From the human T2T-CHM13v2.0 reference genome, Homo sapiens: a stretch of DNA of 64,000 nucleotides. The stretch is from assembly GCF_009914755.1 (NCBI RefSeq), contig NC_060945.1. One strand, written 5' to 3'. The translations under genes and the position numbers were made by a program. Of the stretch, positions 1 through 13,100 are shown one piece after another; the first letter of the stretch is position 1, and each line of letters opens with the position of its first letter. The notes beneath the pieces are model-generated. The model ran no database searches. It was not told the DNA's origin and saw nothing but the letters and a program-made list of their open reading frames with translations.

Positions 1-231
<231 letters not shown>

Positions 232-410
232 TTAAAGTGTATAATAAACTCTTCCTTTAATATTAGTTGGAGTTTGTCTCTCCAGTTTAACCTGAAAGGT
301 TACTGTGATTGGGCAACCATGAGGCAGTTTCCCCAGATGCTTCTTGATCAACAGCTGTTCTGTTCCAAGGGCCTGCTCCTGACTGGTTTTGATCAGCTCT
401 TGGATTTTTA

Positions 411-709
411 TTTTTATTCATTTTTTTTGAAACAGGGTCTTGATCTGTTGCCTAGGCCAGAGTGCAATGATGCCATCTTGGCTCACTGCAACCTCTGCCT
501 CCAGAATTCAAGTGATTCTCCTGCCTCAGTCTCCTGAGTAGCTGGCATCACAGGCGTGTGCCACCATGTCCAGCTAATTTTTGTATTTTTAGTAGAGACG
601 GAGTTTCACCATGACGGACAGGACGGTCTCGAACTCCTGGTCTCAAGTGATCCCCCGCCTCAGCCTCCCAAAGTGTTGGGATTACAGATGTGAGTCCCTG
701 CGCCCAGCC
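411..709 (-). mobile_element. Alu (AluS/J-like)
   Basis: Poly-T followed by reverse-complement Alu body; flanking direct repeat CAG(C/T)TCTTGGATTTTTA at ~393 and ~709 looks like a TSD. Confidence 0.92.
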
Positions 710-2819
710 AGTTCTTGGATTTTTAGTCGTTCTGGTTTATATTTGGTTGACTTTGATAAGGCTCCTTATAAAAGGGCACGACCGATAAACCAAAGTGTCT
801 GGATTATTACAGAAAATAAAATTCAGGTAAGAGCCAGATGTTGGCTGATAAAGGGAGTGCCAGGAACCCTCTGGCTCTGTAGATTGTGCCAGAGCCTCAG
901 GGATCACCGGCCGAGCCGGGGCTGCACCCTGCTGCTCAGTCTTCTCTTGTCGCCCTGGGAGAGGGAGATGGTGGGATTGGGCCGGGGGTTAGGAGACAGT
1001 GCCACAACAATGCTCTTCGAAATCAAACATGCGAGAAAGCAACGTTTAATTTTGTTTTTCATTTGGCGTATTCACATTTCTGTCTTTTGCTTTTGGTCCA
1101 TGTTTGCTCTCCTTTCTGTGCTTGTCACGGGCATCTGGTCACTCCCGGCCTACTGCATTCCTACTCTTTCTCATCCCAGTTCAAGCGTGTTCCCCAGGCC
1201 AGCCTGCCCCTTGCATCTCTGCCAAGACGTTGTTTCTCACGCACCTGGGAAGGTGTTTCACATGCCCGAACACGCTGAGGGTCAGATGGACCCCAGGGTC
1301 TCAGCCGGCCGACCCTAACTTCCCAGGCTGCATGTAAAGCCGTTGTGCAGAGTCTTTTCTGGAAGTAGAGCCTCTTCTCCACTAAGTTATTTTTTCTTTT
1401 TAACTTAGGCCTTGCCCACGAGATACTTGATAGTCTTCCAGCTTTTATTTTATCTGTCCACTTTGATCAACTTTGATCAGCATCAGCATGATTTCAAAGT
1501 CTTTGTCAAGAAACAGACGCTGGCGTTGGATGAGGCATGGGAAAGATGAAGAGAGTTGGCTGAGAAGGACGTGGTCCCCAGCCCTGTTCTTGAGGCTGGG
1601 TCTTTAGGGGGCCAGGAGGTGCGGAGCTGAACGCTTCCCGCCTGAGGCTTCATCCGCCCGCAAGTGCATCAGGACTCTGCTTGCAAAGCGACGATCATTT
1701 CCTGGGTTATCAGTCTGGAAGCTGCATCCACAAAGAACAGGAGGCTGTTGGTTTTTGCTCATGCATTCATTCCTTCGTTCATTTGGCATTCCTTGGAGTG
1801 CAGCCAGCAGCCACGGGGCGCAGGTGCAGTCCGTTCTGGGCCACACCTGAGAAGAGCTGCAATCCTTGCCTCTTGTTGGAGGCTTTAGGCCCCACCTCGT
1901 GTCCTCCTGACCTACCTTTCTGCCTCAGCCCTGCTCTGGCAGCCGGCAGTGCACAGGTGGGGCCTGGCAGCCCTGTGCCTACGCAGCCCCACGTATGTCC
2001 TGCTTCTTGCCTCGGGTTTCCCTACTGCCCCTGCGTGGGACTGGCGTCACCATTCTGGGGGACAGGTAGATCTTGAAATGATGAAACATTAATTCCCTGG
2101 GGCCAACCTTGACCAGTGAGTGACAAGAGATGGAGGACAAAGGACAAACACTTGCCACTTGTATCTTCCTTCTCAGAGGCTTCTCTGTGGGTCTCCAGGG
2201 TCCCCAGCAGGAGGCAGCGAATCCCAGCTGCCCACAGCCTAGTAATCCAGTGTGGGTTCCCTTCTTCCCTGTTTTCCTCCTCCCAGCCCGGACCTGTTCC
2301 TGGAATCACTTCCCAGAACTCACCACTAGGCCACAAGCTCTTGTTATTTGAGGAAGGTAGCTAAGGCAGCCACAGGGAGCTCACAGTGTAGGGAGATGGA
2401 GCCAGGCACCCAGGAACCATCTCAACCCACGTGGTGAGGGCCACGAGGCATTTCCCAGAGCCTGTGGCACAGAAGAAAGCCAGCCCGGTCCCCTGGGGCA
2501 GGTCAGGGGAAGGCTGAACTGGGTCTTGAAGAGGAAGTGGGGGAGGGAGGGACACTCTAGAGCGCAGGAGCAGTGAGTTCAAAGGCCAGGAAATGTGAGG
2601 AGGCCGGGCTCCATGGAGACTGGGCCCTATTCTTCTGGTAGATCTGCCCGGATATCCAGCGTGTTTGATTGGACCTGGTTGAGATGAGTTTGGAACTGAA
2701 GGCATTTCCTGGCCAAAGTGCAAAGTGACCTTGGAGAGAATTCAGTTTTCCTCAGAGGGGATGAGGAACTCCCACCCTGGGATCAAGCGAGGAAGAACTG
2801 CCATCAAGTTTGTGTGTCC

Positions 2820-2995
2820 TCTACAGCCTCGCTATTCCAGTGTGTGGGCCAGGACAGCAGCTTCCACACCACCTGGGAGCGTGTTGGAAATGCAGAGTGT
2901 CAGGCCCCGCCCTGGACCTGTGGAACCAAACCCTGCAGTTTCGTAAGAGCCCAGGGTTTTGAATGCACATTAAAATTTGGGAAGTCCTGTCCTAG
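2820..2995. mobile_element. MER5A-like hAT-Charlie DNA transposon remnant
   Basis: Degenerate motifs CACCTGGGAGCGTGTTGGAAATGCAGAGTGTCAGGCCCC and GCACATTAAAATTTGGGAAG resemble MER5A. Confidence 0.6.
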
Positions 2996-4450
2996 GGCAC
3001 TTTGCAGAAGATGCTTTTGACCGGGCTTGGGGCAGGGCAGCAGAGTTCTGTAAGGGAAAGGGTCTTCGATGAGAGAGGAGAGGAGGGACTCAAAGCACCT
3101 GCTGGGAACTGGGGAGGGTAAGGCAGGGGGAGGAGCCAGAAGACGCTGCCAGGTCTCATCCATGGGTGAGGGGTGACAAGCTTCATGGAAATGCAGGGTG
3201 GGGGGAAAAGGGGAGGGGGCGATGGGCTCTGCCTGGGGCTGCCCCATCTAAGGTGTCCATGGAGATAGGAAACCAGAGACGTTCACCGGGAGTGATTTTA
3301 GTGAATCCTTGCTTCCCTTGAGTCTTCACTGTTTTCCAAATCTTTACAAACCATCTGCTTAATGATTAGGTCTAGAATGTTCTTAGAGATCACTGTCAAC
3401 ATTACCAGACTGAAATTTCTGGAGTCATCTTGTAGACAGTTGGGATATTTATGTTTTCCCCTTTCATTTGCAACTTATATTAAGGTCCCTGCATGGGGCC
3501 CCAGTAAATAGCACCCATCTTCCTCACTTGGGTGCTGGAGATGTTAGATATTGGATAAGTTGAATAAGCTGAGTGAAGTAATGAGTACCCAGGGAGCAAA
3601 CTGTCACGATTTGTCCTGTGAAGGTAAGTTGAGGATGCAGCCTGAGATCTCCTGGTCAAGTTGGGTTGTGAATCGGGTAGATCTAGGCACCCAAGCACTG
3701 GCAGGGCTGATGGGGCCGACGGGCTTTCTGCAGGCAGCAGATTCCTAACCATGCCCATCAAATATTCTTCCAGAACTCCTCCTAGGAGCAGGGTAGCCTG
3801 GGGTCACTGGAGGCCAGGAGATGGGTGATTAGAGCCCCTGTCCCAAGGAGACGTGGGGTTGGGGGATGCTTTTCCGCTACTCACCTGACTTCTAGATGAA
3901 GGTCGGGTGTGTGGTGGGAAAGTTCGCCACACCTGCAAGCTCTGGCAGCATTTCATGCAGGTCCACCTGGGCCCAAAGGCCTGGCCCTAGCAGCATCTGA
4001 AGGCATCCCGGTTCTCTAGTCTCTGCCCCACTCTGGTCCCTGCAGACTGATTTTACCTTGTGCACCGCTGTCTTTAGTGAGGAGATTATGAGCAAAGTCA
4101 GAATAGAGGATGGAAGCCCTGAGCTCCAAGGACGGCTGTCCCCAAGCTCCTGACCCTGAGGAGACACATGTGCTGCGTGCTGGGCACTGGATAGTCCTGG
4201 TCGTCTCCAGCTGGTCCTAGGATCTTGGACAAGTCTCCATCATCCTGGAGCCCTGCAGGGCCCTCCTGAGGCAATGGGGGCCCAGCTGCCCTTGGGACTC
4301 CTCCAGCCGCCGCTCTCCAGGGTCCTGTCCTCTGCTTCTCTCAGGCCAGTGTGGGCAGCACCTGCCAAGCCCTGCTGCTCTCGGCCACCTCCCGGCTAGG
4401 AACATGTGCTTGGGCCTCCACCTGTTGATTTTTGAAAAATTATTATTTTT

Positions 4451-4761
4451 ATTATTTTCTATTTTCTTTTTTTTTTTTTCTGAGACGGAGTCTCACTCTG
4501 TCGCCCAGGTTGGAGTGCAGTACCACGATCTCAGCTCACTGCAACCTCCGCTTCCCGGGTTCACGCCATTCTCCTGCCTCAGCCTCGGAGTAGCTGGGAT
4601 TACAGGCGCCTGCCACCATGCCTGGCTAATTCTTTGTATTTTTAGTAGAGATGGGGTTTCACTGTGTTAGCCAGGATGGTCTCCATCTCCTGACCTCGTG
4701 ATCCACCCACCTCGGCCTCCCAAAGTGCTGGGATGACAGGCGTGAGCCACCGCGCCCAGCC
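4451..4761 (-). mobile_element. Alu (AluY/Sc-like), full length
   Basis: Reverse-complement Alu with 15-bp TSD AAAATTATTATTTTT at 4436-4450 and 4764-4778. Confidence 0.95.
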
Positions 4762-4884
4762 GTAAAATTATTATTTTTTTAAAGCAGTTTGTGAAATCCC
4801 TGAAAAGTCAACTTTCTCATCTGAAGAAACACAGTGAATGTTATGGAACTCCTCACCATCTGATGAGGCCATTTGGAACTTGAT

Positions 4885-5275
4885 CAGTGTTTTTCAAATT
4901 TGCCTAACCAAGAATAACCAAGGTGTTGGTTAAAAATGCAGCCCCCAGGCTCTCCGGGGGGAGGACAATGAATCGTTTAACACGGCTGCTCAGTGTGGGC
5001 CTGCTTCCAGCAGCCTGGGCTTGGCCTGGGCACTTGTTAGAAATGCAGACTCCTGGGCCCCGGCCAGGCCTGAGAAAGCACAACTGCCCCGTAGCAAGCT
5101 CCCCGGGGGGTTCCGGCCACTTGGAAGTTTAAGAACAGGCCTTGATTGATCAGCGGTTCTCAATCTTGGCTGTATATTAAAATTTATTGGAAACATCCAA
5201 AGAGTTAACACAATTTTCTCATGTTTGGGGCTTACCCTGAGAAATTCTGGTTGGTCCGCAATGAGGCTGGGCACA
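4885..5275. mobile_element. Cluster of MER5A/MER5B-like fragments
   Basis: Repeated motifs GTTAAAAATGCAG, CTTGTTAGAAATGCAGACTCCTGGGCCC and CAGCGGTTCTCAATCTTGGCTG are typical of MER5 elements. Confidence 0.55.
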
Positions 5276-6571
5276 CAAATACCCTATATTTACTTGTAAG
5301 GTATTTTATTTTAGTATAATATATGTAAAGAAACGGGCGTATATCATGTGTTCAGCTCAGTGAGTTCTCTCCAGTGGGTCAAACCTGTGTAACCAGAACA
5401 GGAATGGGAAGGTGACCAGCACCCAGGACCCCTATACTGCCTCCAGTCGAGACCCCTGGCACCCACCAAAGATAACCATGTATTGACTCCTTACGGCATA
5501 TGTGTTTCTGCCTGTTTTTGTTCCTTACACAACAGAATCATGCAGCAAACACTCTTCTGTGTCTGTCTTTTGCTCACTAGGTGTGGGACACAGCATGTGG
5601 CTTATCCACACTCCCTGCCCAGCAGAAGTCATTGTGTGAACACACCTGTCTATCCCTCTGTACTGCTGTTGATGGGCACTGGATGGTTGGCACTGTGGGG
5701 CTATTATGAATACGGCAACTTGTGTCTCGACAGCTCCCCTAGGGACTTTATGTAGAGCCAGGTTTGCCACGGGATGCTACCACACCTGCTGGACACCGCC
5801 TGTACCTTTGTGGTAACCTGGGGCCCTTTCCCGTCAGCTCCACCTTCAGAGGCCACCGAGTTACTGTGGCAGCTACTGCTTCATCTTTGTGTCCTGCCAC
5901 CCAAGGATGACAAATGGCCACATCCAGAAGCCCCCGCATTCTTCCAGGATAGCGGGAGCCGCGGGGTATTTAAAGTTCTGCCTCACTTTCTTTCAGTCAC
6001 ACTCAAGGGATTTGAAGAACACTGCCTTACGCACTGGCCCAAGAGTCACCAGGCATCTGGCCAGGGAACGGGCTGCAGTGGGATACCCTGCCCAGGCTCC
6101 CTGCTGCCAGGAGGCTGACGCTTCCAAACAGAGATGGGTGAGGGGAGTGAGGTACCTGTCTGGGTGTAAAATGGAAGAGGATGCCGGAAACTCAGTAATC
6201 AAGATAAATATTTTAATGTAATATTAGAAAAAATCAAAATTAATGCAAAACATCCATTATGAACAAAAAACCCCATCATTTTAACTAAAGACCAGTGCTG
6301 AGCTGAGCCACACTGGATCATAGGCAAAAGGAAAGATGTGCACCCCTATACGTATGTTTTATATTTTGAATGGTTTTGTTTTATTCTAGAACATTAAAGA
6401 AGTTGAAAAATCTTGAAAAACAGAAAAGTAGGTAACATTATCATAACATTGTTTCAGGTTTAAATATTTTACTAACACTGTAAACGAATTTATTATAATT
6501 TTGTTTTTCTGGCTTTAATGGAAACAAACTCATCAATAGCATTGTCAACATCTACTTCTTTGTGTGTCTCA

Positions 6572-6878
<307 letters not shown>

Positions 6879-7145
6879 ATGCTTACCTCATTTTCAATTC
6901 AGATAGCTGCTATATTTGATAATTTCTCTTGACCAACTGATGATCTCAAATCATTTTAAGTTCATATATTATTTTCAATATTAATAACATTAAGTATGAA
7001 GTATTTCAATAGCATTAAAAATTAAAGTGTCACTTGATTAAGAGATATTACAAGTGACAATCTCTCATTAACATTAAATATTATCAAATATTAATATTAA
7101 ATAATACAAAATATTTACAGTTTTACTAACATTAAAATGATTTAA

Positions 7146-7292
7146 CACTGGGAGGCTGAAGCAAGAGGGTCACTTGAACCCAAGAGTTCAAGGCTGAAAT
7201 GTAGTAAGACTGCACCAGTGACTAGCCATTGCACTCCAGCTCAGGTGACATGGCAAGACCCTGTCTCTAAAAACAAATAAATAAATAAAATA
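7146..7292 (+). mobile_element. Alu monomer/right-arm fragment (AluJ/FRAM-like)
   Basis: GGGAGGCTGAAGCAAGAGGGTCACTTGAACCCAAGAG...GCACTCCAGC with an (AAAT)n tail. Confidence 0.8.
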
Positions 7293-7944
7293 ATTTAAAA
7301 TTTATCACTTCATTGCCTGGGGTCCTATTGCCTGGAGAACTATTGGTTTACATATTTTATCTGCTGTTTTAATTGTTTTAGGTAGGAAGGCATATGCTGT
7401 CTTTGTTACTCTATCTTGGTCAGAGCAGAAATCCCCCATAACTCTGAACTTTTCCTTCTTATTTTCGATCCTGTCTTGGCTCATTCTGTGTAATTTTTTC
7501 CTGATATATCTGCTTCTTCATTAGTTCTCTGCAGTCATATGCAATCTATTCTTTAACTCATTCATTGAGATTTTTTACTTAAAACCTCTTTTCTTTTTTA
7601 GAAATTCCATTTGTTCCTTTCTCAAATCTGCCTGTTCAGTACTGATAGTGTCCAATTACTTGTCATCTTATTGTTTCATGTTTCATTTATTTAAACGTTT
7701 CATAAGTATCTGCTGTGTACCTGGCACATGACAGTGGTGATGTCAGCCGTCTCTGATGGTCTAGTTCTGTTGCTGGTTGTTTCTGCTGACTCTCATTCAA
7801 GGGGTTGCTTGCCTGCTCATGTGTTGAGTGTGAGCCCTTGGCTTGATCTGCTGGAATCATGAAAGTCTAAATTTGTGGTGCTTTCACAAATACAATTGTT
7901 GTTGGATTCACTGCAAACCACAGGTGTCACGGACTTGAAACCAT

Positions 7945-8475
7945 GAGTTGGGGAACCCCAAGACCAACCCTGGGTTCAATGATTGGCTAGGAGGACTCAC
8001 AGGACTTGGTAGAGAGTTGCACTGATGGGTGTGACTGATTACAGTAAAAGGACACAAGGCAAAATCAGCAAAGGAAAAAAAGGGCATGAAATCTGAAAGA
8101 AACCAGGAGCAAGCTTCCAAGAGCCCTCTCATAGTGAAGTCACACAGGATGCATTTAATTCCTTCAGGAACTACTTGTGGCAACATGAATGAGACATTGC
8201 CCCCAGGGAAGCTCGTTAGAGACTTGGTGCCAGGGTCGTTACTGGGGGCTAGTCATATAGGTGTCTTCTGCCCAGGACGCATCAACATTCCAGACTCTTG
8301 GAAGGAAAGCGGCTGTTCAGCATGAAGTGTATGGTTTGTACACGTTTAGGCGCAGTAAGCCACTGGGTTTATCAGGGACAGTGAGAACCTCCCCAAATCC
8401 AAGTTCCTAGATGCCAGGCAAGACCTAACCTTGCCTCCTCTCCCAGGAGAGCTGTGGTTACTCTTCTCTGTACAC
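7945..8475. mobile_element. LTR remnant, MER21/MER77-like (ERVL)
   Basis: GGGGAACCCCAAGACCAACCCTGGGTTCAATGATTGGCTAGGAGGACTCACAGGACT...GGCAAAATCAGCAAAGG resembles the MER21-type LTR. Confidence 0.6.
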
Positions 8476-8969
8476 CTTGTCAGTCCCCACCCACCTTGCA
8501 GGGTCCCGATTCAATGTGGGTGTCACAGGCTCAACTCCCCTACTTTGTCAGTGTGCCCAGACAGTGACACTAGGAGTGTCCACCATCAGGTCACTGAGCT
8601 CTGCCTAGCTCAAGAGTTTTGTTGGCTTCTTGGAGGTAAGTTGAGGAAGGGCTTGGAAAACTCCCTACTCTTATAAGTCTGGCATTCATCAAAAAGTGTG
8701 TTTTGTCAAGAATCTGAGTGCTTTTCAGAGCACCTAATTCATCCTGTGTCAGCTATAAAAGCCCCTTATTTTTTAGAGGATAAAAAAAATGTCAATAAGA
8801 ATTCATAGTCACAGTTATCCAGGCTAAAAAATACACATGAATGTTGGGAGGTTGTCATCCACTGGACAACTTTTCCAACAGAAACTTTAGAACCCCAAGT
8901 TTCCATTTATCTCTATTGGAATCTGTTTCTCCCTGCTGGCTGCATGCCTGCTTCATTTCTTCCTTTAAT

Positions 8970-9255
8970 CAGGGCCAACTTATTCATTAGGCACAGGAGA
9001 CAAAGTGCTTAGAGCCCCTGGCACTTTTAAGGAACCATAAATTTTTTTTAATGGACCACAATGTTTTAGTTTATTTTAAAATCAGAAGGAAAAAAATGAG
9101 TTGTTAGGGGTTGAAGAAAAGTTTATTTTTAATACAGCTTGGATTATATTTGCCCTTATATCAATGTAGTTGCAAAATATAACTTTGTATATATTTTGTG
9201 GAGGAAGTGTGTCCCCAAAGTGTCTAGGGCCCACAAGAGTTATGATGCGACCCTG
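8970..9255. mobile_element. Possible hAT-Tip100-type MITE remnant
   Basis: Imperfect terminal inverted repeats CAGGGCC.../...GACCCTG around an AT-rich core. Confidence 0.4.
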
Positions 9256-10699
9256 CCTTCATGGTATTAAAAAAAAAAACAAAAACTAAAACCACTTACT
9301 GGGGACATAATATGCTCCTAGACCTGTGTCCTAGCATTGGCAATGGAAATATGGTTATTCCAAATAACAGAAATAACAGAATTTCCAAATTGTATAAATT
9401 TTAATATTTTTCCTGAGCTCTGGTAACTCTTCAACTATAACTCTTTGGATCATCAAGTAAGTTTCCAGCGAAAGAGCTTTAGCTCCTCAATTATTGGTAG
9501 CCTTTTCTTAGTGACAGGCTAGAGATTTTTCCAAACTATTCACTCTGACAAATCAGGAAAAGCTCCCACTCAATGTTTCTAAAATAATATGGCTGTGTAG
9601 GGGCTAGACATGAAGCCTAACACTTCTTAGAGGACCAACAGCAGTTGATGTAAATCATTTTATTTAAAGGGCTAGTAAGTTATTTTGTACTTAATGCTTT
9701 CACCTAACAACAAGTCAGACAGACATGTTATTTTTATAACATCAAACTTATACATTATTCAGTAATCTATCTTTGGTCTTTGGTTTTGTGAACAGAAACT
9801 GGCTCTTTTGTTCCATGAACTCCACTTGGAAACCCAACTTTCATGCCCGTGAAAACCTACTTTTAAATAATAATGGGGACCCTCAGAACAAAATCTCTGC
9901 TTCCTTACACACCAATTTCTGTTTCAAGTGGTAGAAATAAAGTTTGCATCCTAACTTCCTGATGTCTTTATCACATGAGAGAAAAGATCTAGTGTTTCTG
10001 CCATTTTAACTACATATCATCGGTCACCAAAAACACTGAGAACCCAAAGCAATGGCTCTTCCTCCAGCCATCAAGCTGGACACCACCCCAGCCTGGTTTT
10101 GTAGAGTCCATCCTTGCCACCCAGGTCATCTGAAGACCTGGCCAAGGGAAAGGGCTAATGGCAGATTATGACCCATTATCAGCTTATAAAATCCACATAC
10201 TGGATTGTGACCAAGGTTTTTCACTGTGAATGAATAAAATAGGCAGATTTACTGTGAAGCTGAAGTTCCAGGTGCCTCAGTTGTCAGGAAATTTCCAGGT
10301 CATAAATATCTCACTATTTTATAATTTGTAATATTTTATGGCTTTGTAAAACTGTGACCGTGCATATACCAAACAGGAGAGAGATGCCTGTCTCTTTCCA
10401 TCCTGACCTTCTCTCCCATAATTTCTTTCATGATGGTTGCTGCTAAAGTGACCATAGGCTTTTTCAGACCTGACTAAAGGTGAGTTGAGGAGGAGATAAA
10501 GTTCATCTGAATTTAGTGAGATGTGTGTAATTTTTTTTTTAAGTTTGAGAAAATCTCTACTGAGTTCTTTCATAAATAAGCTGCTTAGAATTTGGGAGAA
10601 TTTTCCACTGGCAAACTTCTGGCATAGCATCCCCAGACATACAGGGCTAGGTGCTTTAGGACATATTAGCTAACTTATCCATGACAAAATAACAAGTTC

Positions 10700-13100
10700 A
10701 TTTCCACTTCTGGGCAAGATGAAATCATAGAGCCTTGATTTTCCATCTTGCGTGAAATGACTAAATTCCAGACAAAGCATATGAGTGATTTTCAAAACAC
10801 TGAACATAAGGCAACAAAGAACAGTGATCACCGGGAGATGAGAAAGAGATGGGATAAACCAGCAGTGTTCCTGAGTTGAGGAGATGGAGCTGGGAGTCCA
10901 GGAAGGGAAAGGCGGCTAGGGTTCTAAGCATAGTGTGCTGGAAAAGGGAAAGCCTGAGAGTGAGCGAGCGCGCGCGCGAATGAACAAGAACGAACTCTGG
11001 AGGTCTGCAGAGAGGTCCCTTGACTCTTCAACATGTAAGGAAACTTCTTGAAGCTGGTTAAAAAAAAAAAAGCAAACAAACAAAAAAACTCAACAAAACA
11101 CATAAGCATTAGAAGGAACAATCCCTGGAGTTCATACAGTGCTTGAAGTAATTCAAGGGCATTGAGTACAGGGGGTGTACTTGCCTCAGTAACGGAACAA
11201 AATTAGCCCGCATTTAAATTCTGCTCTGATCCCATTTAATACCATTTAAAAGCAAAACCTGGATAAAATGGTTTCCAAGTAAGTTAATTACATCCCCCCA
11301 ATAAAGCTCCAGAATATTTATAGAAATACAAAAACAACCAGCACCCATGGGGTAAAGTTCACAATGTCTGCAATTCAACAAAACATTACCAGACATGCCA
11401 AGAGGAAACAAAAAGGTACCCAGAATGAGGAGAAAAATACATCAATTTAAAACAAAACCTAGAAATGGAGTAGATGATAGAATTAGTAGTCAAGGACATT
11501 ATAAAGGTGTTCTAACTGTATCCCATATGGTAAAGAAGCCGGAGAAAAGATGGAATGTGTTAAGTAGATACATAGAATATATACCTAAAATTCAAATCAA
11601 ACTTCTAGAGATGAAAACTACACATCTGAAATGAAAAATACACCAGATGGCATCAGTGGCAGATTAGACATTGCAGCAGGTTAGTGAACTAGAAGACATA
11701 ACAATAGAAACTATCCAAAAGGAAACACAGAGAAAAAAGAGAACAATGCACCAGAACAATAGTGATTTCTGAGACAATTTCAAATGGCCTAATATAAGGT
11801 CATGCATCCTAATCAAATTGCATAAAACTGGTAATAAAGAGAACTTTAAAAAAGCAGCCAGAGTAAAAAAGACATACTGTATACAGAGGAACAAAGGTAA
11901 GGACAGCAGGATTTCTCACTGGAAATAAAGCTAGAAACAGTGAGCAACATATTTTAAGCACCACAAGAAAAAAAAGCTATCTAGAATTCCATGCCCATCA
12001 AAAATAGCTTTCAAGGTTGGCAAAATAAATATTTTTTAGATATACCTGAGCTGAAAGAACCCAGCATCAGTAGACCTACACTAAAAGAAATGTTAATGTC
12101 TTTTGAGCAGAAGTAAAATGATATCACAGGAAACTTGAATCTGCAGGCAAAATAATGAGTACCAGAAATGGAAACTTACATAGGTAACTATAAAGACTTT
12201 TTTTAATTAAATATCTTTAAAAGACAATTGACCATTTAAAGCAAAAATAATAACAATGTATTTTGGAGCTTATTACATATACAAAAATAAAATGGCTGGT
12301 TTCAGGGCTCTGGCAGGGAAAGAGGGAGATGAGTCTGGAACATCTTGTTGTGCCAGAAATTAAGAAAAAAAAACCTCAGGCTCTTTAAGCATTTTTCTTA
12401 CTTTGCTGAGAGGATATGTCAAAGCTTGCAGCAGCCTGGTCTGAAACTCCTACTAAATTTAGGATAATTTGAACATCAAAAAAATAAAAAAGGTGGCAAC
12501 TGATTAGAAACCATTGAACAGAATAGGAATCTATGAATCCACAACACATACACATGTAAATTAGTAAGTTAATGGGAATTACAGAACATTTTTTTCCTTG
12601 CAGTAGAAAGCCCACAAATAAATGAAGAGGGAACGATGGATGAGAAAACCTCCATTTGGCAACAACTGTAAAAATAAATTAATTCAGGCAAGGAACATCA
12701 AGAGATGCTAAAATTAGTGGGTAGAATTGAGATGAGGAGTAGAATTTTACATAGTCTCAAAATATCTCCCCACAAAATACTTATTAACTACAAATGGGGG
12801 CAAACATAGTGGAGACGTTGGCAGAAGTCCACCTTAGTCAAAGGATTAAAATGAATGCCATCAGCAACAGGGCATACAGGCATCAGATGCCATCCATAGG
12901 TTGAAATGAAGAGAATAGAGCTTCTGTATATTTTGACCCCAAAACGCATAGTGATGGTCCAGTCATGAGGAAGCATGGGACAAACTCCAAGTAAGAAACA
13001 CTCTACAAAATGACTGGTTCACAGTCTTCCAAATGATCAAGGCCAAAAAAGCCAGAGAGAATAAGGAATATTCCAGACTGCAGGAGACTGGGATACCTGA
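10700..13100 (+). mobile_element. Ancient L1 (L1M-type) remnant including decayed ORF1
   Basis: A-rich plus strand. The ORF at 11395-11634 ends in KIQIKLLEMKTTH, resembling the L1 ORF1p coiled coil; downstream sequence (CTATCTAGAATTCCATGCCCATCAAAAATAGCTTTCAAG) resembles the ORF1 3' region. Confidence 0.7.

Noticed and set aside
611-1318. 235-aa plus-strand ORF
   Set aside because: Starts inside an antisense Alu ([10 protein letters not shown] is an Alu translation), has no recognisable domain and no supporting gene structure.
827-1408. Possible plus-strand intron (CAG|GTAAGA at 826/827; TTTTTCTTTTTAACTTAG ending 1408)
   Set aside because: Splice-like motifs alone, without a coherent exon chain, promoter or ORF.
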